Position numbers and translations under genes: made by a program
The notes under the pieces: model-generated
Database searches by the model: none
The model's input: the letters and a program-made list of their open reading frames with translations, nothing else
What the model was told of the DNA's origin: nothing
Assembly (NCBI RefSeq): GCF_006345805.1
Contig: NC_043008.1
Span: forward strand, 79,174,001 to 79,238,000
Origin: Octopus sinensis
Lineage: Eukaryota
DNA: 64,000 nt
Direction: 5' to 3'
Part shown: piece by piece, positions 63,933 to 64,000 of the stretch
Numbering within the stretch: position 1 is the stretch's first letter
How the letters are laid out: each line of letters begins with the position of its first letter

Positions 63933-64000
63933 TATGTATATATGTATATATATGTATATGTATATATATATGTATATATGTATATATATGTATATGTATA

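Overview
Repeat-dense eukaryotic genomic DNA, most likely a cephalopod (Octopus-like; inferred from SINE/RTE families and (TA)n abundance, not proven). The only host gene I can support is NGLY1/PNGase on the + strand: three exons at 21943-22140, 31759-32932 and 35451-35564, with the first and last exons not located in the window. Nearly everything else is transposable element or simple repeat: two near-full-length CR1/L2-group LINEs with a CCCH zinc finger (one also with an apparent Myb/SANT-like N-terminus), one full-length and several truncated RTE LINEs, three Penelope-like elements (RT + GIY-YIG), a Helitron, a hAT (SPIN/Buster-type) transposon with a nested rearranged Gypsy element, a Tigger/pogo transposon, tRNA-head SINEs and foldback/MITE-like elements. 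The most interesting signals are RNA-structural. First, a set of minimal dimer-type hammerhead ribozyme motifs sits in Penelope pseudo-LTRs, including a recurrent CUGUUGA core variant and a long-stem-II form. Second, a SINE and a LINE share a 52-nt 3' tail with a compensatory base-pair change. Third, a copy-number-variable array of ~61-nt hairpin units lies in the RTE 3' UTR, and one copy carries a snap-back foldback centred exactly on the conserved stem-loop. All calls are by eye; TE boundaries are approximate unless a TSD or terminus is quoted.
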